Of a stretch of DNA of 64,000 nt, positions 25,825 through 35,130 are shown in pieces; the stretch's first letter is position 1; each line of letters opens with the position of its first letter. The position numbers and the translations under genes were made by a program. A model generated the notes under the pieces. It was not told the origin of the DNA. It did not search any database and was given only the letters and a program-made list of their open reading frames with translations. The DNA is from Acidobacteriota bacterium (GTDB lineage Bacteria; Acidobacteriota; Thermoanaerobaculia; Multivoradales; JAGPDF01): positions 5,434 to 69,433 of the forward strand of contig JAAYLR010000030.1 of the NCBI GenBank assembly GCA_012521815.1. The letters run 5' to 3'.

Positions 25825-28184
25825 GCCGCCGGCGCCGGCGCGCGCTCGCGCTCGCGATCCTCGCCGCGCCCCTGCTCGGGGTGGGGGGGCTCGCGCTCGC
25901 GCGCTCGGGCCTGGAGGCGCCGGCGCCGACGCTCCTGGTGCGCGACCGCGCCGGGCAGTTTCTCGGCGAGCTCCCCGCGCCGGGCGACGAGCGGCTCGGC
26001 TACTGGCCGCTCCCCGAGCTGCCGGCGCGGGTGGCGGCGGCGACGCTCGCGCTCGAAGACCGCCGCTTCGCTCGCCATCCCGGCGTCGATCCGCTCGCGA
26101 TCGCCCGCGCCTTCGTCCAGAACCGGGCGGCCGGGCGACGGCTCTCGGGCGCCTCGACGATCGCGATGCAGGTCGCCCGCCTGCAGCACCCCGGGCCGCG
26201 CGGCTACCTCCGCAAGGGGGTCGAGGCGGCGACCGCGCTCGCCCTCACCGCCCGGCACGGACGCGAGGCGCTCCTCGCCCACTATCTGCGGATCGTCCCC
26301 TACGGCCACCGGATCCACGGGATCGCCTACGCCGCCCGGCGGTACCTCGACAAGCCGGTGGCGGATCTCTCCTGGGCCGAGATCGCCTTCCTCGCCGCGA
26401 TCCCGCAGGCGCCCGCCCGCCACGACCCGTTCACCGCCGCCGGCCGCGCCCGGGCGGTGCGGCGGGGGGAGCGGATCCTCGACCGCCTCGCCGCCGACGG
26501 CCTCCTCGACGCCCACGACCTCGCGGTGGCGCGCGCCGAGATCGCCCATCTCCGCCTCCCCTGGCAGGCGGCGCGGCCCCGCGCCGCGCTCCACCCGCTC
26601 CTCGCCCTCGAATCGCGCCTCCCGCCGGACGCCCGGGCGACCGCGCCGCTGCTCACCACCACGCTCGCCCTCGAGCTGCAGGAGGAGGTCGAGGAGCTCG
26701 CCGCCCGCGCGGTGCACGCCGCCGCCGACCGGGGGGCGGGCAACGCCGCGGTCCTCGTGGTCGCACGCGGCAGCTGGGAGGTGCTCGCCGCGGTCGGCTC
26801 GACCGGCTACTACGACGCCGGCCGCGCCGGGGCGATCGACTACCTGCGGGTGCCCCGCTCCTCCGGCTCGACGCTCAAGCCGTTCGTCTACGCCCTCGCG
26901 CTCGAGCGGGGCGAGATCTCGCCGGCCACCATCCTCGACGACCTCGGCCCCGGCCCGGGCGGGATCGTCAACGCCGACGGGCGGTTCCTCGGCCCGCTCC
27001 TGCCGCGCACCGCGCTCGCCAACTCGCGCAACGTCCCCGCGGTGGACCTCCTCGCCCGGCTCGGCCTCGACCGCGTCTACGGCCTCTGCGGCGACCTCGG
27101 CCTCCACGACGGCCGCCTCCCGGCGCGCCGCTACGGGCTCGGGCTCGCGATCGGCTCCCTGCCGGTGAGCCTCGAACGGCTCGTCGGCGCCTACACCGCG
27201 CTCGCCGGAGACGGCCGCCGCCACGAGCTCGTCTGGCTCCGCCCCCGCCCCGGCCAGCCGCCGCCGGGGGCGCCGGTCCGCCTCTTCTCCGAGGAGACGG
27301 CCCGCCTCCTGACCCTCTTCCTCGCCGATCCGCAGGCCCGCCTGCCAACCTTCCCGCGGATGGGCGCGACCGAGTACCCGTTCCCGGTGGCGGTGAAGAC
27401 CGGCACCTCCTCCCGCTACCGCGACGCCTGGACGATCGCCTGGTCGGACCGCTACCTCGTCGGCGCCTGGGTCGGCGACCCCGACGAGCGGCCGATGAGC
27501 CACCTCTCCGGCTACCGGGTCGCCGCCGGGCTCGTGCAGGAGGTGCTCCTCCACCTCCACGGCGCGCGGAGCGACGGGATCGGCCAGCCCGACTTCCCGG
27601 CGCCGCGCGGCTGGCGGCGGGAGCGCCTCTGTCCGCTCTCGGGCGGCCGCGCCACCGCCGCCTGCGGCACCGCACAGCTCGAATGGCTGCCCGCCGACGC
27701 CCCCTCTCCCCCCGAGTGCACCGCGCACCGTCTCGTCGCCCTCGATCGCCGCACCGGCCGGCCGGCCCGGCCGGGCAGCCCCGACGCGACGGTCGAGTGG
27801 CGCTCGGAGCTCCGCCTTCCCCCGCGCTACGCCGGCTGGCTCGCCGCCCGGGCGCGGCCCGCTGCCGAGGAGGATGCTCCCGGAACGGCTTTCCTGCCGC
27901 AGCTCGCCGGCGTCGAGGCGCGCATCGAGGTGCTCTCCCCGGAGCCGGGCAGCCGCCTGCTCCGCGACCCGGAGACGCCGGAGGCGCTGCGCACCGTCGC
28001 GCTGCGCGCCGTCGTCGATCCCCCTTCCCCGCAGCTCGTCTGGTACCTCGACGGCCGCCCGCTCGCCACCGTGGAGAGCCCGTACGAGCTCCGCTGGCGG
28101 CTCGAGCCCGGCGAGCACGTCTTCCAGGCGCGCCTCCCCTTCGGCGGCGCCCGCTCCCGGCTGGTGCGGGTGACGGTGGAGTGA
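25821..28184 (+). CDS. pbpC: penicillin-binding protein 1C (transglycosylase/transpeptidase)
   Basis: 787 aa. The GT51 transglycosylase N-terminus has EDRRFARHPGVD and RLSGASTIAMQVARL. The transpeptidase domain has the SxxK motif GSTLKP. GTG start overlaps the A2M stop. Confidence 0.85.
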   Translation: MSRRRRRALALAILAAPLLGVGGLALARSGLEAPAPTLLVRDRAGQFLGELPAPGDERLGYWPLPELPARVAAATLALEDRRFARHPGVDPLAIARAFVQNRAAGRRLSGASTIAMQVARLQHPGPRGYLRKGVEAATALALTARHGREALLAHYLRIVPYGHRIHGIAYAARRYLDKPVADLSWAEIAFLAAIPQAPARHDPFTAAGRARAVRRGERILDRLAADGLLDAHDLAVARAEIAHLRLPWQAARPRAALHPLLALESRLPPDARATAPLLTTTLALELQEEVEELAARAVHAAADRGAGNAAVLVVARGSWEVLAAVGSTGYYDAGRAGAIDYLRVPRSSGSTLKPFVYALALERGEISPATILDDLGPGPGGIVNADGRFLGPLLPRTALANSRNVPAVDLLARLGLDRVYGLCGDLGLHDGRLPARRYGLGLAIGSLPVSLERLVGAYTALAGDGRRHELVWLRPRPGQPPPGAPVRLFSEETARLLTLFLADPQARLPTFPRMGATEYPFPVAVKTGTSSRYRDAWTIAWSDRYLVGAWVGDPDERPMSHLSGYRVAAGLVQEVLLHLHGARSDGIGQPDFPAPRGWRRERLCPLSGGRATAACGTAQLEWLPADAPSPPECTAHRLVALDRRTGRPARPGSPDATVEWRSELRLPPRYAGWLAARARPAAEEDAPGTAFLPQLAGVEARIEVLSPEPGSRLLRDPETPEALRTVALRAVVDPPSPQLVWYLDGRPLATVESPYELRWRLEPGEHVFQARLPFGGARSRLVRVTVE

Positions 28185-28207
28185 GCGGGCGATAGAGTCG
28201 GCGCACG

Positions 28208-29035
28208 ATGAGCCACTCCCCCGAGCACCCCTTTCTCGCCGCCGTCGTCCAGATGACCTCCACCTCCGACGAGGAGGAGAACTGGCGGCAGGCGAAGGCG
28301 TTGATCGAGAAGGCCGCCCGGCTCGGCGCCGAGCTCGTCGTGACGCCGGAGAACACGAACTTCCTCGGCCCCCACGAGGAGAAGGTCCGCCGCGCCGAGC
28401 CGCTCGACGGCCCGACCTGCGGCCGCTTCGCCGCGCTCGCCGACTCCCTCGACCTCTTCCTCCTGCTCGGCTCGTTCAACGAGGCGAGCGACGAGCCGGA
28501 GCGCTGCTTCAACACGAGCGTGCTCTTCGGCCAGGAGGGGGAGATCCTCGGCGTCTACCGGAAGATCCATCTCTTCGACATCGACCTCGGCCCCTCGGCC
28601 GGCTTCCGCGAGTCGGCCACGGTCAAGCCCGGCGACGAGGTGGTCGTCGCGGAGACCCCGCTCGGCCGCCTCGGCCTCTCGATCTGCTACGACCTCCGCT
28701 TCGGCGAGCTCTACCGGGAGCTGGTCCAGCGGGGCGCCGAGCTGATCGCGATCCCGTCGGCGTTCACCGCGACCACCGGCAAGGCCCACTGGGAGGTGCT
28801 CGTCCGCGCGCGGGCGATCGAGACCCAGACCTGGGTGCTCGCCGCCGGCCAGCACGGCGCCCACGACGACGGCGGCCTGCGCGAGAGCCACGGGCAGTCG
28901 CTGATCGTCGACCCCTGGGGGCAGATCGTCGCCGCCGTCCCGGACGGCCCCGGCGTGGCGCTCGCCGAGATCGATCTCGACCGCGTGCGCCGGGTGCGCG
29001 CCGGTCTGCCCGTCGCCCGTCACCGCCGCCTCTGA
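28208..29035 (+). CDS. carbon-nitrogen hydrolase family protein (nitrilase/amidase, Nit-like)
   Basis: 275 aa with the E-K-C triad context: TPENT (Glu), K in VYRKIHLFD, and Cys in LGLSICYDLRF. Confidence 0.85.
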   Translation: MSHSPEHPFLAAVVQMTSTSDEEENWRQAKALIEKAARLGAELVVTPENTNFLGPHEEKVRRAEPLDGPTCGRFAALADSLDLFLLLGSFNEASDEPERCFNTSVLFGQEGEILGVYRKIHLFDIDLGPSAGFRESATVKPGDEVVVAETPLGRLGLSICYDLRFGELYRELVQRGAELIAIPSAFTATTGKAHWEVLVRARAIETQTWVLAAGQHGAHDDGGLRESHGQSLIVDPWGQIVAAVPDGPGVALAEIDLDRVRRVRAGLPVARHRRL

Positions 29036-29102
29036 ACCGCGGCATCCCGTCACCGGAAGTCGCCTTTCGCAGACTGGAACCCGCCGGTAAGCGGCGCCAC
29101 GC

Positions 29103-29516
29103 TCAGAAGACGAACGCTTCGCGGTAGTCGAGGGCCGACGAGGCCTGATAGGTGGCGCCGCCGGGTCCGGTCGCGGTGAGCCAGGCGTGGGCCTCGCCGC
29201 GGCCCGCGCCCGGGCGCAGGCCGAGATGGAGCCGCACCTCGAGGCCGCAGCGCGTCCAGAGCTCGAGGAGCAGGAGCGCCCGCTTCAGGCAGGGGCCGTG
29301 CCCGCGCGGCGGGAGCCACGGCAGGAGGCGCTCCACCGCCCCGGCCAGCCGCTCCGGGCGCGCGAGGAGGCGGGGCAGCGGCCGGGCGCGGCCCGCCTCG
29401 CGGAGCGTGGCGACGAGGGCGTCGAAGGCGAGACGGCGCTTCCGCCGGGCGAGCCGCACGGAGGCGGCGAGGATCGCCGGCAGGGACGCGAGGAGGAAGA
29501 GGGCGTTGGCGATCAA
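29103..29516 (-). CDS. lasso-peptide-B2-like transglutaminase-fold protein (Transglut_core3), orphan
   Basis: 137 aa. GPCLKRALLLLELWTRCGLEVRLHLGLRPGAGRGEAHAWLTATG matches the CLxRALAL...G[IV]R...AHAWVE core of lasso B2 / McjB-C-like cysteine proteases. TTG start without SD, so the true start may be further downstream. Confidence 0.55.
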   Translation of the reverse strand: MIANALFLLASLPAILAASVRLARRKRRLAFDALVATLREAGRARPLPRLLARPERLAGAVERLLPWLPPRGHGPCLKRALLLLELWTRCGLEVRLHLGLRPGAGRGEAHAWLTATGPGGATYQASSALDYREAFVF

Positions 29517-29587
29517 ACCGGAGGTCGAGCGTACACCGCCGCGCGCCCGGCGCGAACCGCGCGCCGCCAGGGCGGCGATCTGAGAAG

Positions 29588-31354
29588 ATGCCCGCCATGA
29601 GCTTCCGCGCCTCCGTCCGCCGCCTCTCCTTCGCGTTCCTGCTCCTCCTGCTCGGAGGCCCGGTCGCGCGCCTCTCGCCCCTGCCGGCGCAGACCGGCGA
29701 GGGGACGTACGGCTCGTTCCTCGATCAGATCGAGGTCGAGGTCGTGGAGGTGGACCTGCTCGTCTCCGGCCGGGACGGCCGGCCGCTCCGTGATCTCCGG
29801 CGCGAGGAGTTCACGCTCCTCGTCGACGGCGAGCCGGTCGAGATCCGCTACTTCGCCGCGCCGTCCCCCGAGCCCGGCGCGAGTGCCGCGGCGGAGCCCG
29901 GTGCAGAGGCCGAGGGCGAGCAGCCCGACGCCGAGCCGGCGATCGTCGTCGCCTACCTGGACGAGACCGCGATCCGGCCCGGGCCGCGCAACCAGCTCCT
30001 CGAGGCGTTCGGCCGCGTTCTCTCCAGACGCCTGGCCGCCGGCGACCGGGTGATGGTGGCGCGCTTCGACGAGGGCCTCCGCCTCCTGACCGAGCTGACC
30101 ACCGACGAGGAGGTCGTCCGGAGCGCGCTCGCCCAGGCGGCGAAACGCGCCCCGGCGAGCCTCGTCGCCCAGATGGAGGAGGGCGCGCTGCTGCAGGAGC
30201 TCGAGAGCAGCGGCGGGGGCGGGGGTGGCGGCGGCGGGGGCGGCGCGCTCCGGAACGACGACGAAGAGATGGAGGCGATGCGGCTCCGGGTCGAGGTCGA
30301 GTCGCGGGCTTCCGCCGACGCCGACCGGCAGCGCCGCGCGACGGCGGCCCTCGCCGACCTCGTCGGCGCGCTCGGCGGTCTGCCCGGGCGCAAGACGGTG
30401 CTCCTCGGCAGCGGCGGCTTCCTCACCCGGCCCGGCGCCCGCCTCGGCGACATCTGGCAGCAGCGCTTCGCCGAATTCGACTCCGGCGGCGCGCTGCCGG
30501 GACACGAGTTCGACGCCGAGGCGGGCGGGCTGCAGCACGCCTTCTCCCGCCTCCTGCGCACCGCCCAAGCGACGCGCGTCACCTTCGTCACGATCGAGGC
30601 CGGCGACGCCGCCAGCGGCCTGCCCGACGCCTCCTTCGGCGGCGGCCTCGCGGCAGCGAGTTCCCTCGCCGCGAGTACCGCCGGCCTCGAAGCAAGCGGC
30701 AACCTCGGCGTTCTCGCCGCGGCCACCGGGGGCCGGCGGTTGAAGCTCGAGCCCCGGATCGCCGAGGCGCTCTCCCGGGTCGGAGACGATCTCGACGCCC
30801 GCTACTCGCTCGGCTTTCCGACCGGTCCCGAGGCGGGCACGCGCTTCCACCGGATCGAGGTCCGGGTCGCGCGGGAGGGCGTGCGGGTCGAGCACCGGGA
30901 AGGGTTCCGCCGGCGCGCGGGCGCCGACCGCGCCGTCGACGCGCTCCTCGCCACCGCCGCGCTCGGCGGCACCGAGAACCCGATGGGGGTCACGGTGACG
31001 ACCGGGACCCCGCAGCGCGCCGGCCGCGGCCGGTACTCGCTCGTGCCGGTGGAGGTGAAGGTGCCGCTGCGCGCCGTCACCCTGCTCCCGGAGGGGAACG
31101 CCCAGCGAGGGCGGCTCAGCTTCTCCTTCGCGCTGCGCGACCCGAGCGACCGGCTCGTCCAGCTCGAGCCGCGGCCGCTCACCTTCACGGTGCCCAACGC
31201 GGAGCTCGCCGCCGCGCTGCGCCAGACGATCTCGATGCACGTCGAGATCCCGGTCGCGAGCGGACCTCACCGCCTCGCGATCGGAATCCACGACGAGATC
31301 GGCGACGCCCGCTCCTCTCTCGCCGTCCCGTTCGACCTGCCGCCGGTCCGATGA
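29588..31354 (+). CDS. VWA domain protein of the 'VWFA-related Acidobacterial domain' type, secreted
   Basis: Signal peptide, then IEVEVVEVDLLVSGRDGRPLRDLRREEFTLLVDGEPVEIRYF, the characteristic N-terminal block of that family. Central poly-Gly (11 G). Alternative ATG at 29597. Confidence 0.75.
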   Translation: MPAMSFRASVRRLSFAFLLLLLGGPVARLSPLPAQTGEGTYGSFLDQIEVEVVEVDLLVSGRDGRPLRDLRREEFTLLVDGEPVEIRYFAAPSPEPGASAAAEPGAEAEGEQPDAEPAIVVAYLDETAIRPGPRNQLLEAFGRVLSRRLAAGDRVMVARFDEGLRLLTELTTDEEVVRSALAQAAKRAPASLVAQMEEGALLQELESSGGGGGGGGGGGALRNDDEEMEAMRLRVEVESRASADADRQRRATAALADLVGALGGLPGRKTVLLGSGGFLTRPGARLGDIWQQRFAEFDSGGALPGHEFDAEAGGLQHAFSRLLRTAQATRVTFVTIEAGDAASGLPDASFGGGLAAASSLAASTAGLEASGNLGVLAAATGGRRLKLEPRIAEALSRVGDDLDARYSLGFPTGPEAGTRFHRIEVRVAREGVRVEHREGFRRRAGADRAVDALLATAALGGTENPMGVTVTTGTPQRAGRGRYSLVPVEVKVPLRAVTLLPEGNAQRGRLSFSFALRDPSDRLVQLEPRPLTFTVPNAELAAALRQTISMHVEIPVASGPHRLAIGIHDEIGDARSSLAVPFDLPPVR

Positions 31355-33336
31355 GCCGCGCGCTTCTGCTGGCCGCGCTCGCGGCCTTTCTCGCCATGCC
31401 GCTCGCGGGAGAAGAGCCGCTCCGGGCTCGCGACCTCGGCGGCGCCCGCCCCGAAGCCGCGGCGCTGGCGCTCTCCGGCGGCGAAGGGGGCGACCTGCGG
31501 CTCGTCGTGGCCGCCTGGCCGCTGCCCGAGACCTCCGGCCCGAACGTCCTCGTCGTGGTCGAGGCCGACGGTCCGAGCCTCCTGCGCCGGACCGAGAGCC
31601 CGGCGCTCCCGCTCGAGTGGACGCTCTACGCGCTCGCGGCCGACGGCGCGGTGACCGGTTTCCTCGCCGAAGGGGTCCGCATCGAGGGGCGCGAAGAGGT
31701 GGTCGAGACCGGGGTTCGCTTCACCGCGGCGCTCACCCTGCCGCCGGGGCCGCAGAGCCTGCGGGTGCTGCTGCGGCATCGCGACAGCGGGGCGTTCGGG
31801 GTGCGGAAGGTCGAGCTCACGGTCGAAGAGCCCGCCCGCGGCTTCCTCCTCCTGCCGTCCGCGGCGCGGGCGCCATGGGTCGAGGTTCGGTCCGCCCGGC
31901 TCCCCGACTCTCCCTCCCCCCTCCTCGCGGCGCTCCTCGCGATCGCTCCGGAGGCGCTCCCGCTCGCCCGTCCGGAGGGGGAGGGCGAGCTGCTCGTCTG
32001 GCCGCCACCGGCCGCTCCGCCGCGCGTCGAGCTCACCGTCGAGGGGATGCCGGACCCGATCATCGGCGCGCAGCTGCTGCCCGGCGACGCCGCGCCGCCC
32101 GTCGGGCTCGCCCGCTACCGGCTGCCGGCGCTCCCGGCGCCGCCGGGCCTCTACCAGCTCTCGCTCGCCGGCGCCGCCCCGGGTGGCCTGCGGGCGGCGC
32201 TCCTGCCCGGCGGCCAGCCGCCGCCAGCCCGGGGCTGGCCCGCCCTCTTCGGGAGCATCGAAACGATTCTCGCGGCCGACGAGAGCGGCCCCGAGGCGCC
32301 GGAGCGGCCCGCGGCCTCCCGGACCGAGCTCGAACGGAGCCTCCGAAACGCCTATCTCGAGATCCTCGCCGAGCTCGCCGCCGGCCAGCCCGAGGCCGCG
32401 GTGGCCCGGCTGATGGAGCACGAGACCGCCACCGTGGCGCGTGAGCCGCGCGAGGCGCTCCGCTACCTCGATCGCGCGCAGGAGAGCGTGATCGCCCGGC
32501 TCGGGGAGCTCGACCCCGACGCGCTGCTGCCGATCGCCGACCTGCACCGGCGTCTCTTCACGGCGCATCTGACCGCCGGGCACCCCGCGCTGGCCCGGCA
32601 GGCGATGGCCCGGGCCGAGGCCGCCACCCAGCGCTTCGCCGCCCGTGCCGGCACCGAGGACCGGGGCCTCGCCGCGGCCTCGCTGCTAAGCCTCGCGGCC
32701 TCCCTCTTCGACGCGGTCATCCCGCGCCGGGCCGCCGAGCTCGCCGCGCAGGCCGAGAACCTCGTTCCCGGCCACGCCGCCGCGCTCCTCGCGCAGGCGG
32801 TGGTCCTCGAGCGGGCCCAGGAGCACCGCGAGGCCACCGCGGTGCTCGACCGCCTCCTCCGCGCCGACCCCGAACAGCGCGAGGCCCGCCTGCGCCGGGC
32901 ACTGCTCGCCCAGCGGGACGGTTCCCGGAAGGGACCGCAACGGGAGCTCCGCGCGCTCGTGGCGCCGCCGGCACGCGACTGGGTGGCGGCGGTGGCGGCA
33001 CAGGAGCTGGCGCGCACGCTGGTCGCCCGGGGGCAGGCCGAAGAGGCGGTGACGATGCTCGCGGCCGCCGAGGCCCGGCTCGGAGACGCCGGCGGTCTCG
33101 CGGTCGCCCGCGCCTGGGCCGAGGAGCGGGCCGGCCGGCGCAGCGCGGCGCTGACCCATCTCGAACGGATTCCGCCCCCCTCCCGCCTCCACGGCGACTC
33201 CCCGCGCCGCCGCTACGGCCGCTGGCCCGAGGAGGCCCTCCAGGCCGAACGGCGGACCGCGGTCGAAGCGGCGCTCCTGCGCCTGCCGGCGCTCGCCGCC
33301 GCGCTCGCCCGGGAACCCGGGGAGGGCCCCGCATGA
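31351..33336 (+). CDS. secreted hypothetical protein with C-terminal all-alpha/TPR-like region
   Basis: 661 aa with signal peptide MSRALLLAALAAFLAMPLAG. The C-terminal 330 aa are Ala/Leu/Arg-rich helical repeats. ATGA overlap with the upstream VWA gene. Confidence 0.6.
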   Translation: MSRALLLAALAAFLAMPLAGEEPLRARDLGGARPEAAALALSGGEGGDLRLVVAAWPLPETSGPNVLVVVEADGPSLLRRTESPALPLEWTLYALAADGAVTGFLAEGVRIEGREEVVETGVRFTAALTLPPGPQSLRVLLRHRDSGAFGVRKVELTVEEPARGFLLLPSAARAPWVEVRSARLPDSPSPLLAALLAIAPEALPLARPEGEGELLVWPPPAAPPRVELTVEGMPDPIIGAQLLPGDAAPPVGLARYRLPALPAPPGLYQLSLAGAAPGGLRAALLPGGQPPPARGWPALFGSIETILAADESGPEAPERPAASRTELERSLRNAYLEILAELAAGQPEAAVARLMEHETATVAREPREALRYLDRAQESVIARLGELDPDALLPIADLHRRLFTAHLTAGHPALARQAMARAEAATQRFAARAGTEDRGLAAASLLSLAASLFDAVIPRRAAELAAQAENLVPGHAAALLAQAVVLERAQEHREATAVLDRLLRADPEQREARLRRALLAQRDGSRKGPQRELRALVAPPARDWVAAVAAQELARTLVARGQAEEAVTMLAAAEARLGDAGGLAVARAWAEERAGRRSAALTHLERIPPPSRLHGDSPRRRYGRWPEEALQAERRTAVEAALLRLPALAAALAREPGEGPA

Positions 33337-34520
33337 GCCACCGGCGAATCCTCGTCACCCTCCTGCTCGCGCTCGCCTACGTCTTCGGGAGCATCGCCGC
33401 GGCGGCGGCCCTCGAGGTCGCGATCCTCGAGCCGGTGCCCGGCAGCGGCGCCTTCGGCGAGATCCGGGTCGTGGCCGAGGTGCGGGGATCCGAACCGGTC
33501 AGGGAGCTCGAGCTCTTCTTCCAGGGGAAGCGGGTCGCGGCGCGGAGCGCCCCTCCCTGGGTCTTCCGGCTCGACGTCGGGCAGGAGAACATCGACCGCG
33601 CCTTCCGGGTCGTCGCCCACGCGGCGGACGGGCGCACGAGCGAAGCGGAGCTGACGCTGCCGCGGATCCGGATCGATCTCGAGGTCGAGGCCCGGCTGCA
33701 GCAGCTCTACGTCACCGTCACCCGCGGCGGCCAGCGGATCCTCGACCTGCCGCGTTCGCAGTTCATCGTCCTCGACGAAGGGCAGCGTCAGCAGCTCGTG
33801 ACTTTCGAGCGCGGTGACGTACCGCTCACCGCGGTGCTGATGGTCGACTCGAGCCTCAGCATGCGGGGCGACCGGCTCCGCACCGCCCTGCGCGGAGCGG
33901 GGCTCTTCGCCCGCGGGATGGCGCCGCTCGACGAGGCGATGCTGCTCCTCTTCTCCGACCGCCTCCTCTACCGTTCGCCGTTCAGCCACGATCCGGCGGT
34001 GCTCGAGCGCGGCCTCGCGAACGTCGAGGCGAGCGGCGGCACGGCACTCAACGATCATCTCTACCTCGCCCTGCAGCTGCTCGAACGGCGGCAGGGACGC
34101 CGGGTCGTGGTGCTCTTCTCCGACGGCGTGGACGTCGACTCGCTCCTGCCGATCGCGGAGGTCGTCACCACCGCCCGCCGCTCGCAGGCGCTCGTCTACT
34201 GGCTGCGGCTCCGCGAAGGGGGCGGCGACCCGCGGGAGAGCGGCCACATCTCCGTCTGGCGGGACCATGCCGAACACCGCGCGGAGCTCGACGGGCTCGC
34301 CCGGCTGGTGAGCGCCAGCGGCGGCCGGATCATCGATCTCGCCCGCCTCGAAGAGGCCGAGGCGGCGTTCGCCGACGTGCTCGCCGAGCTGCGCGAGCAG
34401 TACGTGCTCGGCTACTACCCGAGCGGCGCCCGGCAGAGCGGCCGCTGGCGCCGGGTCGAGGTGCGGACGGGCGGCAGCGGCCTCGAGCTGCGCACCCGCA
34501 GCGGCTACTTCGACGAGTGA
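33333..34520 (+). CDS. VWA domain protein, 'VWFA-related Acidobacterial domain' type
   Basis: 395 aa with signal peptide. The N-terminal block is VAILEPVPG...LDLPRSQFIVLDEGQRQQLVTFE, with a MIDAS-like DxSxS (VDSSLS). ATGA overlap with the upstream gene. Confidence 0.75.
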   Translation: MSHRRILVTLLLALAYVFGSIAAAAALEVAILEPVPGSGAFGEIRVVAEVRGSEPVRELELFFQGKRVAARSAPPWVFRLDVGQENIDRAFRVVAHAADGRTSEAELTLPRIRIDLEVEARLQQLYVTVTRGGQRILDLPRSQFIVLDEGQRQQLVTFERGDVPLTAVLMVDSSLSMRGDRLRTALRGAGLFARGMAPLDEAMLLLFSDRLLYRSPFSHDPAVLERGLANVEASGGTALNDHLYLALQLLERRQGRRVVVLFSDGVDVDSLLPIAEVVTTARRSQALVYWLRLREGGGDPRESGHISVWRDHAEHRAELDGLARLVSASGGRIIDLARLEEAEAAFADVLAELREQYVLGYYPSGARQSGRWRRVEVRTGGSGLELRTRSGYFDE

Positions 34521-34589
34521 CGCCCGGTCGCGGGGGCACCCGGCATGGCGGCGCTCCCGCCGCCCTCCCCGGGATCCGCGGCAGCCGAC

Positions 34590-34961
34590 TCAGTTCAGGT
34601 GGATGCGGGTCGGACCGTGACCCGATTCGGCCTCGTAGCCGTGCGAGAGGACGAAGAACCAGGCCGAGAAGCGCTCGTTCTCGCTCTCGGTGATGAGGTC
34701 GAAGACGAACTCTCCCTCCACGTCGCCGGCGGCCTCCTCGACGTAGGCCACCTGCTCGGGCTCGACGATCAGCTCCGCCTGCACCCGCTTGCCCCGGATC
34801 AGCTGCACGACGAGCCGCTCCGGCCCTTCACTCGCGAAATGCCAGTGCACGTCGTCGTCGTCGTAGAGCACCGCCTCCGGCGTGCCCGCCCGCAGGATGC
34901 AGTTCGGATGGGCGAGGAGCCAGTTCCAGAAGCCGTCGAACGGGAGGGTCTGCAGGACCAT
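34590..34961 (-). CDS. hypothetical protein (123 aa)
   Basis: ORF MVLQTLPFDGFWNWLLAHPNCILRAG...HGPTRIHLN is a distinct, non-low-complexity sequence. The upstream extension of ORF 34590..37934 is an artefact. Confidence 0.5.
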   Translation of the reverse strand: MVLQTLPFDGFWNWLLAHPNCILRAGTPEAVLYDDDDVHWHFASEGPERLVVQLIRGKRVQAELIVEPEQVAYVEEAAGDVEGEFVFDLITESENERFSAWFFVLSHGYEAESGHGPTRIHLN

Positions 34962-35130
34962 CGCGGCGGCGAGCCTATCGCACCCGCGAAGGCGCCGATC
35001 CCCGCGTGGGAAGGGGACCGCCCCCACCCCGGAGCGTCGGCTCGCCCGCCCGCCCCGCTCCCCCGGCCGGGTGGCGCGCCGGCCCCCGGTCCGGCCGTAC
35101 TCTTCCCGGGAGCCGAGGTTCGCCACGAAG

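Noticed and set aside
14510-28515. Minus-strand ORFs 14510..20065, 19774..25509, 25653..28118 and 26968..28515 (500-1900 aa)
   Set aside because: These are antisense shadows of the giant protein, A2M and pbpC. Their sequences are repetitive Gly/Arg/Glu with no motifs.
29050-29600. Possibility that the B2-like gene marks a lasso peptide biosynthetic cluster
   Set aside because: There is no PqqD-like B1 gene, no asparagine-synthetase-like cyclase, no ABC exporter, and no 30-60-aa precursor ORF with a Thr-x-Gly leader/core junction in the flanks. I treat it as an orphan Transglut_core3 protein.
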